Shown in pieces: positions 43,901 to 56,143 of a stretch of DNA of 64,000 nucleotides (position 1 is its first letter; each line of letters opens with the position of its first letter). The position numbers were made by a program, and so were the translations under genes. The stretch is from assembly GCA_000004985.1 (NCBI GenBank), contig GG738847.1, one strand, 5' to 3'. Below the pieces are notes generated by a model. The model had not been told where the DNA came from. It ran no database searches and worked only from the letters and a program-made list of their open reading frames with translations. This DNA comes from Naegleria gruberi (taxonomy: Eukaryota).

Positions 43901-46524
43901 CTGAACCAACAAGAAAAGTAAAGGGAGAACAACTTAAAGTCAGTAGTGCAATGTATGACACACTTCCAAGATGTGACATTTTACCAAAACTTCACCCAAA
44001 GATTTATCACAGTATGGAAGATAAGAATTGGATGACAAGACTTGAAGCAATTCAAACTGTAGAAAAAATTATCGTAAATGATGCCCACAAAAGAATTTTA
44101 CCAAACATTCTTGAACTGATACATGCATTGAGACAAAGATTGGAAGACAATAATAACAAAGTAGTGATATCTACACTTTTATTGATTGACCTGATCTCAG
44201 AGGCAGTTGGCCCAGAAATGGAAAAGTTTATCAAGATTCTCCTTCCCAGTGTTATTTCGAAATCTATGCACAATAACAAGGCAGTGAGGACATGTGCACT
44301 AGAATCTTTGGAGAAATATTTAAATATAGTTCAGTTTGAGAGTATGCTCAAAATATTCCCTAAATCCATAGCAAGCGACAAAGGAAACCCTGAAGGCAAG
44401 AAGGAAATTATTGAATTTATGCACAAACATATAGTAGAAATGAAAAATAAGAATGTGGATTTATTTACTCCTCTGGTGAAGCCAATACTCGATTACTTAA
44501 CAAAGGCTGGTTCAGATACAAGGAAATTAGCAGAGGCAATATTGGGTGAAATTATTTCTAATGGAGGATATGACTTTGTCTTTAAGAGAATTAGAGAACT
44601 CAAAGCTGCCCATCAAAAAGGTTTCTCACTTCTTCTTCAAAAGTATGCCCCTTCTACTGAGGTGGAATCTCAACCTCCACCTGTTACTCAATCCCTCACA
44701 CTACCAACAACACCTTCCAACTCTATCAGAGGTGATAAGAAAATTACTCTAAGAGATGTTAGTAAATCTCTTAGTGTGGATACTAGACAGACAGAGGAAG
44801 AAGAGGGGTCAAAAGTGCCAAAGACTGTCAAAAAACGGGCCAATATCTCAAAGACTTTGGCAACCTCACCAAACAAATCTCCATCACCCTCCTCACCAAA
44901 GACAAAACCTATTACAAACACCTTTGTTCCAAAATTACAATTCTCCACAGGCATTACAGGCATTGCAACTGTTGACGAATACAAGTTAGATTTGGATAAG
45001 ATTGAAGTGAATCATGACTCTCCAGTAGAAGCAGAAACACCAATGCATGATGTGTACAATTCAGCAAATGGCCCAATGCCAGGAAATATTACACCAAGGA
45101 TGCCAGAGCGATCTCCAGTAAGAGATAATAAGAAGGAAGAGTTAATATCTGGTCATTCTATTGGAGAGCTAGTAAAGGCAATCAATACAAACGACCATGG
45201 ATCTGAGATAGCCATCAATGCTCTGAAGACCCTAGTCTCCATGTTTAAAGATGAGTCTTGCAGACCGGCTATTTTATCATACCTTAAAGAATTGGTCGAG
45301 TCCCTAACAGACAATACGCAGTACTCTTTTGAGAAGGCATCTGCTGGTTTAGTCTCTACAAGAATATGTAAATATCTCCTTTCAACACTTATGCAACTTT
45401 TTAGTAATAGACAAATGGCTGCTTTTGTACCACAAGAGACACTACAAAGAATGATCGACCAACTACTGAGCAGACTGTTGGACGAAAGATTACCTAGTCT
45501 CGACTATGGACAGGAATTATTAAGAGGGTTGAACTCTTTAATGTTGAAAGTTTTGGAAAATTCAAATCGAACCTATTCCTATACCTCACTGATTCACTTG
45601 TTAGAATATTCATATGCAAATACTTCGTTGAAAAAATATACTGAGCTAGTTGTCAAGTGCTTGATCAAATTAACAAAAGCACTCGCTGCAACTATTGACA
45701 GAGTTGATGTTGATATTTTGTTGATGGATCTTCACAGCTTCTTAACTCATAACCCACCAACATTCTTCAAGGACAGGAATGATCTACCACTTAGAACCAT
45801 TAAAACCATCCTTAACGAACTTGTGAAGGTTAAAGGAGAAACTATCAGATCATGTCTTGGACTTATCCCTACCCACAAAAATCCACTAATTATTTCATAT
45901 ATTGAATTGATGGTAAACTCTGCTCAAACAACAGTTTCTTCCAGTACAAACTCACAAGCAACTGTTCCATCCACTACTACCCCTAATATTACAGCACAAA
46001 CGATAAGCAAACCTCCAAGAAATAGTGTTACAGCCAGTCAAATTCAGCAAGCATACCCTCTTCAACAACCATCCACTGTTTCAAATGAAAAGATAGTACA
46101 GGATGAACTCACTGATATTTTCAACTTGATAAGTAATAAGGATAGTACTCATACTGGTCTATACAGACTATATGAATTCAAAAAGAACCATCCAAGTGTT
46201 GGTATCAATAACCACTTGTTAAAATGTAGTGAACCTTTCCAACAATACATTCATAGACAATTGGCCAAGATTGCACAATATGAATCCTCAAAGCAAGAGA
46301 GCTTTGCAGCATCATCCCACAGAGCCCAATCACCAGCATCAAGGCAGAGACAGGCAACAGCAATTACCTCTGTTGACGATATCAGAAGACAATTGAAACT
46401 TCATCAACAAGAATCCAAACAAAAGAATATGGGAAGGTCTTTGACAGTCTCTGACCTAAAGAAGAGAATTCAAAACATTGAAGAAAAGCTTTCTTCTACA
46501 GACAATGAGACCACAGAAGAATAA
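40927..46524 (+). CDS. XMAP215/Dis1/ch-TOG-family microtubule polymerase with TOG domains, two or more exons, about 1,850 aa.
   Basis: Exons are 40927-41626 and 41669-46524, with a 42-nt intron (GTAAGT..TTGATAG) in phase 1. Exon 2 contains HEAT-like TOG repeats (..VRSQCIGIVKSAVQCFGF.., ..ASSEVRDLCCKTLARLL.. and others). Exon 1 starts like TOG1 (MENDEEIVLPSSNDIFQKMLEEEL) but contains about 170 aa of Ser/Pro-rich low-complexity insertion. Confidence 0.7.
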
Positions 46525-46584
46525 ACTACTGAGAATCCACCTTTATTAACAAACAAATCCACTATTCCATTAACACTTTAAAAA

Positions 46585-48060
46585 ATGAAAAGACTTAAAT
46601 CCTCTCTACTCACAAAATCGTCTAAAAAATCGAGTTATTGTTTATTGGAGAATAGAAGCAAACCAAACAAAATTCATGTAATTGGTGGTGTATTACGATT
46701 CCAGTCTATTGATAATAAGAAAACCAATTCCGAACATGATATTGATAAAATCGTTGTAAAACAACATGTTTCATGGTTTGCCCGTGGTGAGAATAATAAG
46801 CTTTCAAAATTAAATATCGAACAAGTGAGAAATATTGATAATATTAAACAAGACAATAACCATCAATCAATAACATTGAACAATCAATCAAAATTTAATT
46901 ATTTATTCAATCATTGGAAGAAGAGAATGATCAGTGTTTTTCTACCAAAGAATTATCCACTCTCAGTCTCTAGTAATTATATTAATTATTGTAAATGGCA
47001 AGCATTGCAATATACAGCTGGAAGTTTTTCAGGAGTATTAACAATGCAATCATTATTGCATGCAGCCGGAATAACCTCACAATTGGCATTAGGAGGAAAT
47101 GAGTACTTTCTTGCTTTTTTAGGAGGTGCTTTAGCTTGGGTAATTAAAGATGGACTTGGTCAATTAGGAGGTATATTATTTGCAAGTAAGGTCAATACTA
47201 ATTTTGATGCAGATCCAAAATTTTGGAGAATGGGAGGAGAATATGCTCTCGTAGCAAGTGCGTTATTAGAAGTAACCACACCAATTACTGGACCATCCTG
47301 GTTTATTGCTCAAGCCAGTTTGGCAAATATTGGAAAGAATGTAAGCTGTTTTGCAGCTAGTGCAACTAGAGCTGCCATGAATCAGTCATTTGCCAAATCT
47401 GACAATTTGGCTGATGTGACTGCTAAGGCAACAAGTCAAGCCCTGGCTTGCTCTCTAATTGGTACTACTTTGGGAATTTTTGTGAGTTCTGCACTTTCAC
47501 TTGGAACTCAATTCGTGTTTGCAAAAGTGTTTCCAATATTTTGCGTACTTTCTGTGATTCAATTATTTTCATTGTACAAGGCTGTTTCAAATGTAAAACT
47601 GAAAGTTTTGAATAAGCAAAGATTTTTGATAGCTTGCTCTCAATACTTGAAGGATAGAGCTGTTTTGGATCCATCAAAGGTTTCTGAAAGAGAAAAATTT
47701 GTTTTGCCATTTTTGGATTCCTATCAGAGCAAAGTGAAAATCAATACAAATATTAAGCAAATTGAGAGTTTAGTTCAAAATTATCATTACAAACAATTGA
47801 TATCAAACAGATTCACAATTATTCAAGATAAGGATTTCATTCATGTATTGTTTGAGGAAAAGGCTCAAACAATGGATGTATTCAAGGCCATGTTTATTGT
47901 TACCAAGATTTTGAGTTCAAATGAAGAAACTGTAAATCATAATAATTTGAATGTTGAACTAGAAACCTTCATGCTCTTGATGAAAGATCAAGGATGGTCC
48001 GTAGACCACGATTTTGTTGAAGATAACAGCCACATGAGAATCTCAATCAAGACTGAATAA
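46585..48060 (+). CDS. RUS/DUF647-family protein (root UV-B sensitive, C16orf58-like), 491 aa.
   Basis: ATG at 46585, single exon. The core VFLPKNYPLSVSSNYINYCKWQALQYTAGSFSGVLTMQSLLHAAGI..LAFLGGALAWVIKDGLGQLGGILFASK matches the DUF647 core. Confidence 0.65.
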   Translation: MKRLKSSLLTKSSKKSSYCLLENRSKPNKIHVIGGVLRFQSIDNKKTNSEHDIDKIVVKQHVSWFARGENNKLSKLNIEQVRNIDNIKQDNNHQSITLNNQSKFNYLFNHWKKRMISVFLPKNYPLSVSSNYINYCKWQALQYTAGSFSGVLTMQSLLHAAGITSQLALGGNEYFLAFLGGALAWVIKDGLGQLGGILFASKVNTNFDADPKFWRMGGEYALVASALLEVTTPITGPSWFIAQASLANIGKNVSCFAASATRAAMNQSFAKSDNLADVTAKATSQALACSLIGTTLGIFVSSALSLGTQFVFAKVFPIFCVLSVIQLFSLYKAVSNVKLKVLNKQRFLIACSQYLKDRAVLDPSKVSEREKFVLPFLDSYQSKVKINTNIKQIESLVQNYHYKQLISNRFTIIQDKDFIHVLFEEKAQTMDVFKAMFIVTKILSSNEETVNHNNLNVELETFMLLMKDQGWSVDHDFVEDNSHMRISIKTE

Positions 48061-48128
48061 AGTTCTTAACTGAAACATTGATTTTGGTTTAAATTGGTTT
48101 CAAGAATTTATTCACCATAACTTGATAT

Positions 48129-49259
48129 TTAAAAACCACTGGAACCAATTACTTGACCAGTTAAAACCTTTAAACGTTGGAAAAAGTTGGTCTCCCACCC
48201 ACTTTGTACCTTTTCCTTAACGAAATAACCATTAGAATCCTTGTATGGAATACCAACCTGGTCAAGCTTTACGATAGTTTCACCACCTCCTCTATTTTCA
48301 AATGAAATTGTCACAGTGGAATAGTCATTTTCTGGCCAATCTTCAAATCGCCACTTTTGTACAATCTTTTCATTTGGAATAAACTCGATAAATTCACCTC
48401 TAACCTTTCCACCAAAGAGGGAGAATTTACCTCCAGCTCTCTTGTCACTCTCAGCCCGACTTTGAGTGTAATGAGAAATAATATTTGGTTCAGTGAGCAT
48501 TTCAAAAATCTTTGGAAGTGGTGCTCCAACAAATCTTTCAGTAATGTGAATTTCAACCTTCTTCTTTTGATCTTCCTTAACATGAGCACCTCCAATTCCA
48601 ACAATAGATTCAGTTACATTTCTATTACTAGTGGATCCTGATTCAGATAAATTATTTGAACTATTAACTTTCTTTACAATTTCTTGCTCTTGTTGTTCCC
48701 AGAGTTGATATTTTTCTCTAATGTTGGCTCCATCTCTGAGAGTAAGCAAAAACTTATTCACAATTGTTTTGATTGTTTCCAATCCTTTAGTTCTGAGTGT
48801 TTCCTTTATGACTTTATGTTCATTCTTCTTGCAACTAGTGTCCAAATCTACATTAATTTCAAAACTTTCTCCTTGATCAATTTCTTGAGAGAGATAAGGG
48901 ATTTTAATTTTACCCTTTGCCACAATACACTTTTCGGAATCAGTATCAGACAAATCAGAGGCTTCTCCCAATAGAATATAACCACTCCATCCAATTTCAA
49001 CATCCAACTCAAAGATTGAAATTAGTTTACGTTTACGATTCATTACAGAGGCTTCACCTTTTACATGGCTAACAGTTGTTGTGGTAATCTTCATATTACC
49101 TTCAGAGTAACATTCAACCTTCTTCAGGAGTGATTTTAATTGATCCTTACACCAAGGTAAGACATCTTCATCAGTCCAATGCCATCTTCCGACATTTCTA
49201 CCAGTCACACCAAGGTCGTTTACAATCCATCTATCATCACCTTCACCTTCCTTTGCCAT
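48129..49259 (-). CDS. AHA1: Aha1, activator of Hsp90 ATPase, 376 aa.
   Basis: The N-terminal domain begins ..NVGRWHWTDEDVLPWCKDQLKSLL..GEASVMNRKRKLISIFELDV.IGWSG. The C-terminal AHSA1/START-like domain contains ..RAGGKFSLFGGKVRGEFIEFIPNEKIVQKWRFEDWPENDYSTVTISFENRGGGETIVKLDQVGIP. Both match Aha1. Confidence 0.8.
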   Translation of the reverse strand: MAKEGEGDDRWIVNDLGVTGRNVGRWHWTDEDVLPWCKDQLKSLLKKVECYSEGNMKITTTTVSHVKGEASVMNRKRKLISIFELDVEIGWSGYILLGEASDLSDTDSEKCIVAKGKIKIPYLSQEIDQGESFEINVDLDTSCKKNEHKVIKETLRTKGLETIKTIVNKFLLTLRDGANIREKYQLWEQQEQEIVKKVNSSNNLSESGSTSNRNVTESIVGIGGAHVKEDQKKKVEIHITERFVGAPLPKIFEMLTEPNIISHYTQSRAESDKRAGGKFSLFGGKVRGEFIEFIPNEKIVQKWRFEDWPENDYSTVTISFENRGGGETIVKLDQVGIPYKDSNGYFVKEKVQSGWETNFFQRLKVLTGQVIGSSGF

Positions 49260-49662
49260 CTTTCTTTTACTATTATAATACTATAATAATTATTACTATT
49301 TTCTATTCCTTTAGGTTGTATTCTCTTTCAACTATTTGGCGTAGCACGGAATGTCTCCACTTGTTGATGCTGAGCGAAAATTTGAGAAATTTTTTTCGGA
49401 ATGTGTTTGGCATTTTTTCATCAAACTTCCTTTCATCTTATCTTGCAGCAAATTCCGATATTGTCATCATCAACATATCCCGAAAATTAATCATGATGTT
49501 GAGAGAGTGAAGACAACAAAGCGTTGAGAGAAATAACTATTGAAATAAATACACAACATAATATTGTAAACAAAATACAAATAATAATAAAATTTAATAT
49601 TAGGATATATTAAATAATGGGAGAACTTGGTTGAATAATTTTGAAAGTGTAACACTGAGAAA

Positions 49663-50834
49663 TTACTTTGGCGTAAAGAAATAAACCAACCACACTGCAA
49701 CACCTCCAACAATAACAGTAATAATACTAACAGCCAACATGATTAGACAAATCTTTGTCGATTGATTTGCCAACTTGTTTGCCTTCTCAGTTCTCTCATT
49801 CAAATTCTTCAATCTCTCCAATTCATTATCAACCTTATCCCCAATATTTTCCAATAACTTGTTCTGTTCATCCAATTCAGATCCAATATCATCAGTGATG
49901 TGTTTGAGTTTTTCAATCTTTTTAGAGAAGGCATCCAAACCTTGATCCATTTGCTTCTTATACATTTGTACTTGAGTTAAACTCTCCTCAATATTAATTC
50001 GAGGTAAATTACCATAATCACGAGCATCTTGTGGTAAATCTTCCTCATTGAGTAGGAATTCAGAGATGAGTGGTTTGGATTGTGATGGAGTATTGTCTTC
50101 TTCATTGATGGAGAAGAGTTCCTTTCTTTTGGATGCTTCCTTAGAGTCGAGAGGTTCACCTCCATTTTCAAATCTTCGTTTATCGAGCTTTTCAACTTGT
50201 GTGACGTGAAGATTTAAGAGTTTGAGGTCTTCTTGTTGTTGGGCTAATTCTCTTGGATCTGCTTGTTTTCCAAAGAATTTTTTCTTTTCAAAAGGATTTA
50301 CAAATGGTTTTGTAATGAAATTGTGTGATTCGAATAAATTAAATATATAATTTTAGAAAGAAATAATTTACCTTGGCAGCGTTTTTGTGAATAGATTCCA
50401 AATGTTGATAATCCTTTCTCAGATATCGTAACATTTTCTTGATATTCTGATTCAATTTAATAACACGTGTATTATTCTTATTCTTTTTCATGGCCTCATC
50501 TCTTTCATTGATTTTCTATTTGTTATAACCATCACAATAACATTATCCGAATATTAACGAACATTTTTTACATCATTACCATCAGTATTAGAAATGTTTC
50601 GAATATAAACATGAAAATTTCTCTTCAATATAAAACTTGTAACGATGAAAAATAACGTACTTCTCTTGTCAAGTCTAATTTTCTAACCAATAAAATCTTG
50701 TTAGCTTCAAATACATTCTTTCTAGTTTCATCATCCAATTGATCTTTAATTTGTAATTCCTTTCCTCCAGTTTCTTCATAGACTTTCATGAGTCTACGCA
50801 TAGAATCCAAAACGATCGCATTTCCTGATGCCAT
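49663..50834 (-). CDS. Syntaxin-8-like Qc-SNARE with a C-terminal transmembrane anchor, three exons, about 312 aa.
   Basis: Exons are 50834-50661, 50515-50372 and 50283-49663. The introns are 145 and 88 nt (GTACGT..CAAATAG and GTAAAT..TGAAAAG), both in phase 0. The SNARE motif IGSELDEQNKLLENIGDKVDNELERLKNLNERTEKAN matches human STX8 IGNELDEQNEIIDDLANLVENTDEKLRNETRRVN. The TM anchor is ICLIMLAVSIITVIVGGVAVWLVYFF. Confidence 0.7.
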
Positions 50835-51040
50835 TTTTTTAATAAAATTAATTGAGTGATGACATTGAATTTGTCAAGAACAGATTTTTTAACATTAACT
50901 GCAATAAGGCTGCTGATTGAATTTGAAACTATTCTACAAGCAATAATATCAATCACCACGCAAATGTTGATCATTTCAAATAAGAAGAATATCCAGAAAA
51001 AAATCGAAATTAAAAAAAAATAAAAAATCGCTTGATTTTG

Positions 51041-52849
51041 ATGGTGCTGATTCTCGATTTGATATCAAACTCTTTCACGAATAATCATCTGCAGCAATGG
51101 GTTGATTATATTGATGAAAAAAAGATGCTCTCTCATATGGAACTGCAAGCTATTCATCATTTGCTTCAGATGACCTATCGGAATGTTCATGATTTGAGTC
51201 TTTTTAAATTGTTATTGGATGATTATCCTTCATTGATACAATTATTGGACCGTTTGGTGCGAAAATCAGAGTGGCTAGCTCCACTTACAAAGCCTGTAAT
51301 ATCTATGATTTATTTAATATTATACAAGACTTTGTTGGAGAGTGGAGAATTTTCGGATAAGCAGAGGATTATTAATACATGTTTGATGTTGTTGAGGAAT
51401 TGTAATAGAGTGAGAGGTGGAAATAATGGTGAGACTGAATTTGAAATGATGGGAGAAATTAATAATGAACTCATGAAGAATACTCGAGGAGAACAATTTG
51501 AAAAGATATTTTCAAATATGATTAATGAAAGATGTTTTGATATGATTAATAATAATTTTGGATTGGGGATTGAATTGCATATTAATTTTGCAAGATTATG
51601 TTTAGGTTTTTTGGCAATTATGAAAAATGTTACCATTTCTTCACTGATGGAGTATTACTTGAACGAGATGATTTGTAGATTTGATTGGGCGGCTGATAGT
51701 GAAATAATCAATGAATTCAGTATGGAAATTCTTGAATCTAAAATAGTTGCACCACAAAAGAAAGCTATCATTTTACTTAGTAGTGAATCAGTGCTTGTTG
51801 ACAAGTTCTCAAATTGTTTGAATTATTTACTGAAAAATCCATTCAAATCTCCAGAGCTACATGATGATTCAAAACTAATATTGGAGGCTCTTAAAATTAG
51901 GCCATCTCTATCTATGATATTTGAAGGATTTCTCGAATTAATCTACAAGAAAACACAACATCCTAGAGTATTCTTTATTGGAAATTCAATTTTAAAAAAC
52001 CAAAGAAAAATCCCTCTAATTTCCATCCCAAAGAATGAAATGAAAGAGAAAATTGATATTCTCAATCGTACAATTCATAACAAGTGGATTACACACCAGT
52101 ACAAATGCTTCCACATGTTTGTAACGAGCACTGCCAATATGATGTCAAATATCTCTTCAAGGAGAGGAGATGTTGGATCTCTACAATATGATGAATTCTT
52201 CTCCGTTTGCCTAAACTATGTCACCCACTTTATATTTGGGTCGGACCCAACTAAGGATTTGAATTTTTGTAAGGATTCCCTTTTAGTATTTCTTCAAGAT
52301 TTAATGGAATGTAAAGAATTTACTGAGGATCAATTTAAATTCTATCTGAATGGAGAAGAGGAAAAGCTGCAGAGCTTTCCTTTTAATTTTATTGTTCACA
52401 TTTATTTGTGTGCTGTCTTTACTAGAAATGACTCTAAACACTTTTCTTACAATAATGTTATGGATTTAGCCTTCTCAATAATGCAACCCACCCTTGAAAA
52501 TGATCAATACATTGAAATGATCTTGATATTTATTCAGTGGTTGGAACAAATAATTGAAATTTCTGGACATGACACTTTTTCACTGAGACAATTAATTGTC
52601 ATTCTGACCTACCTCAGAGTAATGTCTCATATGAACGATAAGGTTAATCAAACTGATGACTTTGAGTTGAAGGGACACTTTTCAATGCTCTTATCAAGAT
52701 TTAAATTCAAATACTTTGATAACATACAGCAATCAAATATGTTATCCAATGAAAATTTCATGTACTCACAAAACCCAACTAATAATGAGGCCAAACAATC
52801 TCTTATCAACCTCATTGCATCAACCTTTGAGAATCTTTACAATGCCTAA
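51041..52849 (+). CDS. Hypothetical protein of 602 aa, predicted to be mostly helical.
   Basis: First ATG at 51041; the ORF-track start at 51032 is a TTG. Single long ORF ending in TAA. No recognisable motif. Confidence 0.4.
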   Translation: MVLILDLISNSFTNNHLQQWVDYIDEKKMLSHMELQAIHHLLQMTYRNVHDLSLFKLLLDDYPSLIQLLDRLVRKSEWLAPLTKPVISMIYLILYKTLLESGEFSDKQRIINTCLMLLRNCNRVRGGNNGETEFEMMGEINNELMKNTRGEQFEKIFSNMINERCFDMINNNFGLGIELHINFARLCLGFLAIMKNVTISSLMEYYLNEMICRFDWAADSEIINEFSMEILESKIVAPQKKAIILLSSESVLVDKFSNCLNYLLKNPFKSPELHDDSKLILEALKIRPSLSMIFEGFLELIYKKTQHPRVFFIGNSILKNQRKIPLISIPKNEMKEKIDILNRTIHNKWITHQYKCFHMFVTSTANMMSNISSRRGDVGSLQYDEFFSVCLNYVTHFIFGSDPTKDLNFCKDSLLVFLQDLMECKEFTEDQFKFYLNGEEEKLQSFPFNFIVHIYLCAVFTRNDSKHFSYNNVMDLAFSIMQPTLENDQYIEMILIFIQWLEQIIEISGHDTFSLRQLIVILTYLRVMSHMNDKVNQTDDFELKGHFSMLLSRFKFKYFDNIQQSNMLSNENFMYSQNPTNNEAKQSLINLIASTFENLYNA

Positions 52850-53011
52850 CCATCAACTCCGCAATTTATTACAATAATAATTTCCCCCACATTTTCCCCC
52901 ACATTTCTCCTCCGCAAAATCTTTGGCAACTCCGTATTTTGGAAGAATCCTGCAGTGCAACACAACTTTCGTTTACACTTGGAGATTCACCATCTCTCTT
53001 ACTCAAAAAAA

Positions 53012-54792
53012 ATGCAAACACGACCAACCTTCACACCAAACAAGGGAGTTGCCAACCTCCTTGTTTTATGTAGCACAATGATGCTCCTCGTCATTATGCA
53101 AAGCATGGCGCCTGTCCACTCACATATGTGTGTCTTTAATCCTAGACAGAGAGGAGGTTTGAATATTTCAGACTTTGGTGATCCGACCTGTTTTAAATTT
53201 AAAGGTCCTTGTGGTTCTTTACCAAGTGGTCCAGGTTTGTATTTTGCAAATTATCTTTAACATTTAAATATTTTCTATTTATTTTTTGGATTTGAATAGT
53301 CCAAGCAACTTTCCAAAGAGGTAAAACCTATAATATCGACCTTCAACAAAATTTGAATCACTACAGTGTTGGTCATCCTGGATGGCTTGACGTTTCAGTT
53401 GCCTCAGGTGAAAATCCTGATGACTCTCAATTCACTGTTCAAAGTGTTTTGACTGATTATTTCCCTGTCAGACAATGGACAAGAACCAATTTATCAATTC
53501 CATTATATTTGAATCCACAAGGTACAACTGGTAGACATGTTATCAGAGTTCGTTACAATCCAAACAAGCCAACTGAACCAATTTTCCATCAATGCATTGA
53601 TATCATGATTACTCCTGCATCATCTAAGAGAATTGTTATGGCTAGCCATATTGAAAAGAAGCAAGCAGTTGAATTCCATCCAGAAGGTCAAAAATTCTTT
53701 GCCAAGACTAGATCTATCAAAGCCACTCAAGAAATGGTCTTTGGTGTCGTTCAAAATCAAGATAGCTCTGCATCTTTGGTTGGTATCGATATCTTGTCTG
53801 GTCAAGTTGTTCCTGTATTGAATTGGAATGACCTATCAGTTAGTGATTCTCAATTATACTCTTCTGGTGCTCCAAGAAAAGTTTCTGGTAGAATTATTAA
53901 CTCTGTTACTGCCGTAGATAATTCCAACAAGAGACTCTTCTACTTGTTCAGTGATGATTCGTCTCCAATGCAAACTGATTTGCAAAATTCTCCAGCCAAC
54001 AAAGTCTTTGTCTATGAACATGCTAAACAATCCTATGATATTCTCAAGATTAACATTACCAATGTTCAATTCAATGCTACTGTCGTCATTCCTTCATTGG
54101 TCATTTCTGGATTGTTCTATGAATCCAATACTAATACCCTCTATGCTACTGCATTGTTTGCCCCAGATGTCAATAATAAGTATACTTATTATTTGGGTGT
54201 TTTCAGTTTGACTGCTAATGGAGCATACTTGTCACCAAAACTTGTTGCCTTGTCAGCTCCTTTGGACTCGTATGTTGATTACTTGTGGACTTCATATGAT
54301 GCCTCAACCAAGACTGTTTCAGTTTTGATTAGACATGAAGATGAACCAGTTAAATTGCCACAAAAATTATTCTCAGTTGTTTTGGGTAGTTCTGCCTCCA
54401 TTCAATCCATTGATTTGGATCCAACTCAATTCGTTTACTCTTCAATTCACAGTTATAAGGCTCAATTATTTGCCTTCTCACCAGGTAATGCTCAATCAAG
54501 TCTTCCTTCATCTGGATCAAATACTTGGAGTATGATTGGCGTTGATAGAGCTTCAGCTAATCAAGAAGAAATTAATCAAATGTATGATTATCAAAATTAT
54601 TTGGGAGGTGGAATTACTAGTGCAGTTTCTAATACTGGAAGAGGAATTTACAATATTATGCATTCTACTGATGGCAAGGATCAAATTCTTGTTCGTGTTG
54701 CTCTTAAGGCTATTCCAATTGGTCCAATCAGTGAAATTGCACACATTCCAATTCAAACTAAGGTTTACAATTGGGCAAGAATGGATATTTAA
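53012..54792 (+). CDS. Secreted protein of unknown family, two exons, about 570 aa.
   Basis: Exons are 53012-53234 and 53300-54792, with a 65-nt intron (GTTTGT..TGAATAG) in phase 1 joining ORF-track ORFs 52955.. and 53353... The N-terminus (MQTRPTFTPNKGVANLLVLCSTMMLLVIMQS) is a signal peptide, followed by a His-rich segment APVHSHMCVF. The body is rich in Ser, Thr, Asn and Val, suggesting a beta-rich fold. Confidence 0.45.
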
Positions 54793-54869
54793 ATTCTTTT
54801 TGAAATTTAAACTCGAGTTTACAATAATAAATATTAAAATATTAAAAAATTTATTAAATATTAAAAAAA

Positions 54870-56047
54870 TGAGTCAACAGCAACAACCTATTATTTTGAG
54901 AGGACACATTGATGAAGTGACAAGTGTTTATTTTGAAAAATCTACCTCCAACCTATCATCATCATCTTTATTCAGTGGAGATTTAAAGGGAAATTTCAAT
55001 ATTTTCAATTTGGAAACAAGGAGAGTGAAACAATCCATTCCGAACCATCACAATGGTTGCATTCTCGGATTTTATCAAGATGATCATTATTTATATTCAC
55101 AGGGAAGGGAGGGATGTATTAAACGATTGGATTTGAATCAAATTAACATTTCATCATCGTCACCATCTTCATCATCTTTGGAATGGTATTATAATTCGAT
55201 ATTTTCATTTTGTAAATTTGCTCCGTGTCGGATTGGATCGAGTTTGAGTTTCTTTGTGCCGTGTGATAAGGAACAAGTGATGCTGTTGGATTGTAGAGAG
55301 AAACAAACTCTGGATGGATATAAAAGCTCTCTAATGATTGCCCCTCCAGTGAGTCAGTACAGCTCATTGTCAGCTTTTGGAATGTTGACTGGAATGGTTT
55401 GTATTGACCATTCTCAGTATTTATTGTGTTCTTATGAAGGTGGAGTAATTGTAGAGTTTGATGTGAGGAAATTGAGTGAGCCAACTTTTGTGTTGGAGAA
55501 TTTTGAAAAACAAGAAAATTTGGAGGGAGAACAACCAAAATTTTGTAATTATAGAGATTTGATTGGTGTGAGGCATATTTATGATTTACACAATGCTCAG
55601 GATCCAATAATTGCCATTAATTATCAATCAGAATTGGATAAAATCATTATTGGAGCTAGCTCAACCCAGATTCATGTAATGGATCGTGCTAATATTCCAA
55701 CAAACTCTTCAATCGATACCAATAATAATCATTCCTTTACAGGAGAACAAACAAGTTATTCATTTGAAATGAAGAGTGGAGGAGTAAATGATATCTCATG
55801 CTACAATATGAGTGGAGTGGCTAGTACAAGTCAAATGTCCAGATTAATGTTTGCTGGTTGTTGGGATGGCAGTGTTAGGGTTTTTGACTTGAAAAGGAAA
55901 AAGAAGCTGGCAGTGTACAAGTATCATGAAAATGCAATTCGTTCTCTCGATTTTAAGGAGAACAATAAGGAAATTTTACTTGCTGCTGGATGTAAAGACT
56001 CAAAGATATCGATTTGGAATGTGAATTTTGAAACAAAAAGGAAATAA
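54870..56047 (+). CDS. GNB1L/Asa1-like WD40-repeat protein, 392 aa.
   Basis: The first ATG is at 54870; the ORF-track start lies upstream at a non-ATG codon. The N-terminus PIILRGHIDEVTSVYFE..SSSLFSGDLKGNFNIFNLETRRVKQSIPNHHNGCILGF..LYSQGREGCIKRLDL aligns with human GNB1L FVLRGTQSPVHALHF..LLFSGSQSGLVHIWSLQTRRAV..LLSQGRDLKLCLWDL. The C-terminus AAGCKDSKISIWNV aligns with AAGSKDQRISLWSL. Confidence 0.7.
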
Positions 56048-56143
56048 ATTATTTAAATATTTTCTTTTATATTCTGTAGATGTTAAAACTTGAACCAATA
56101 ATTTGCATCGTGACATATTTTCCAAAATCACAACATTAGTTAT

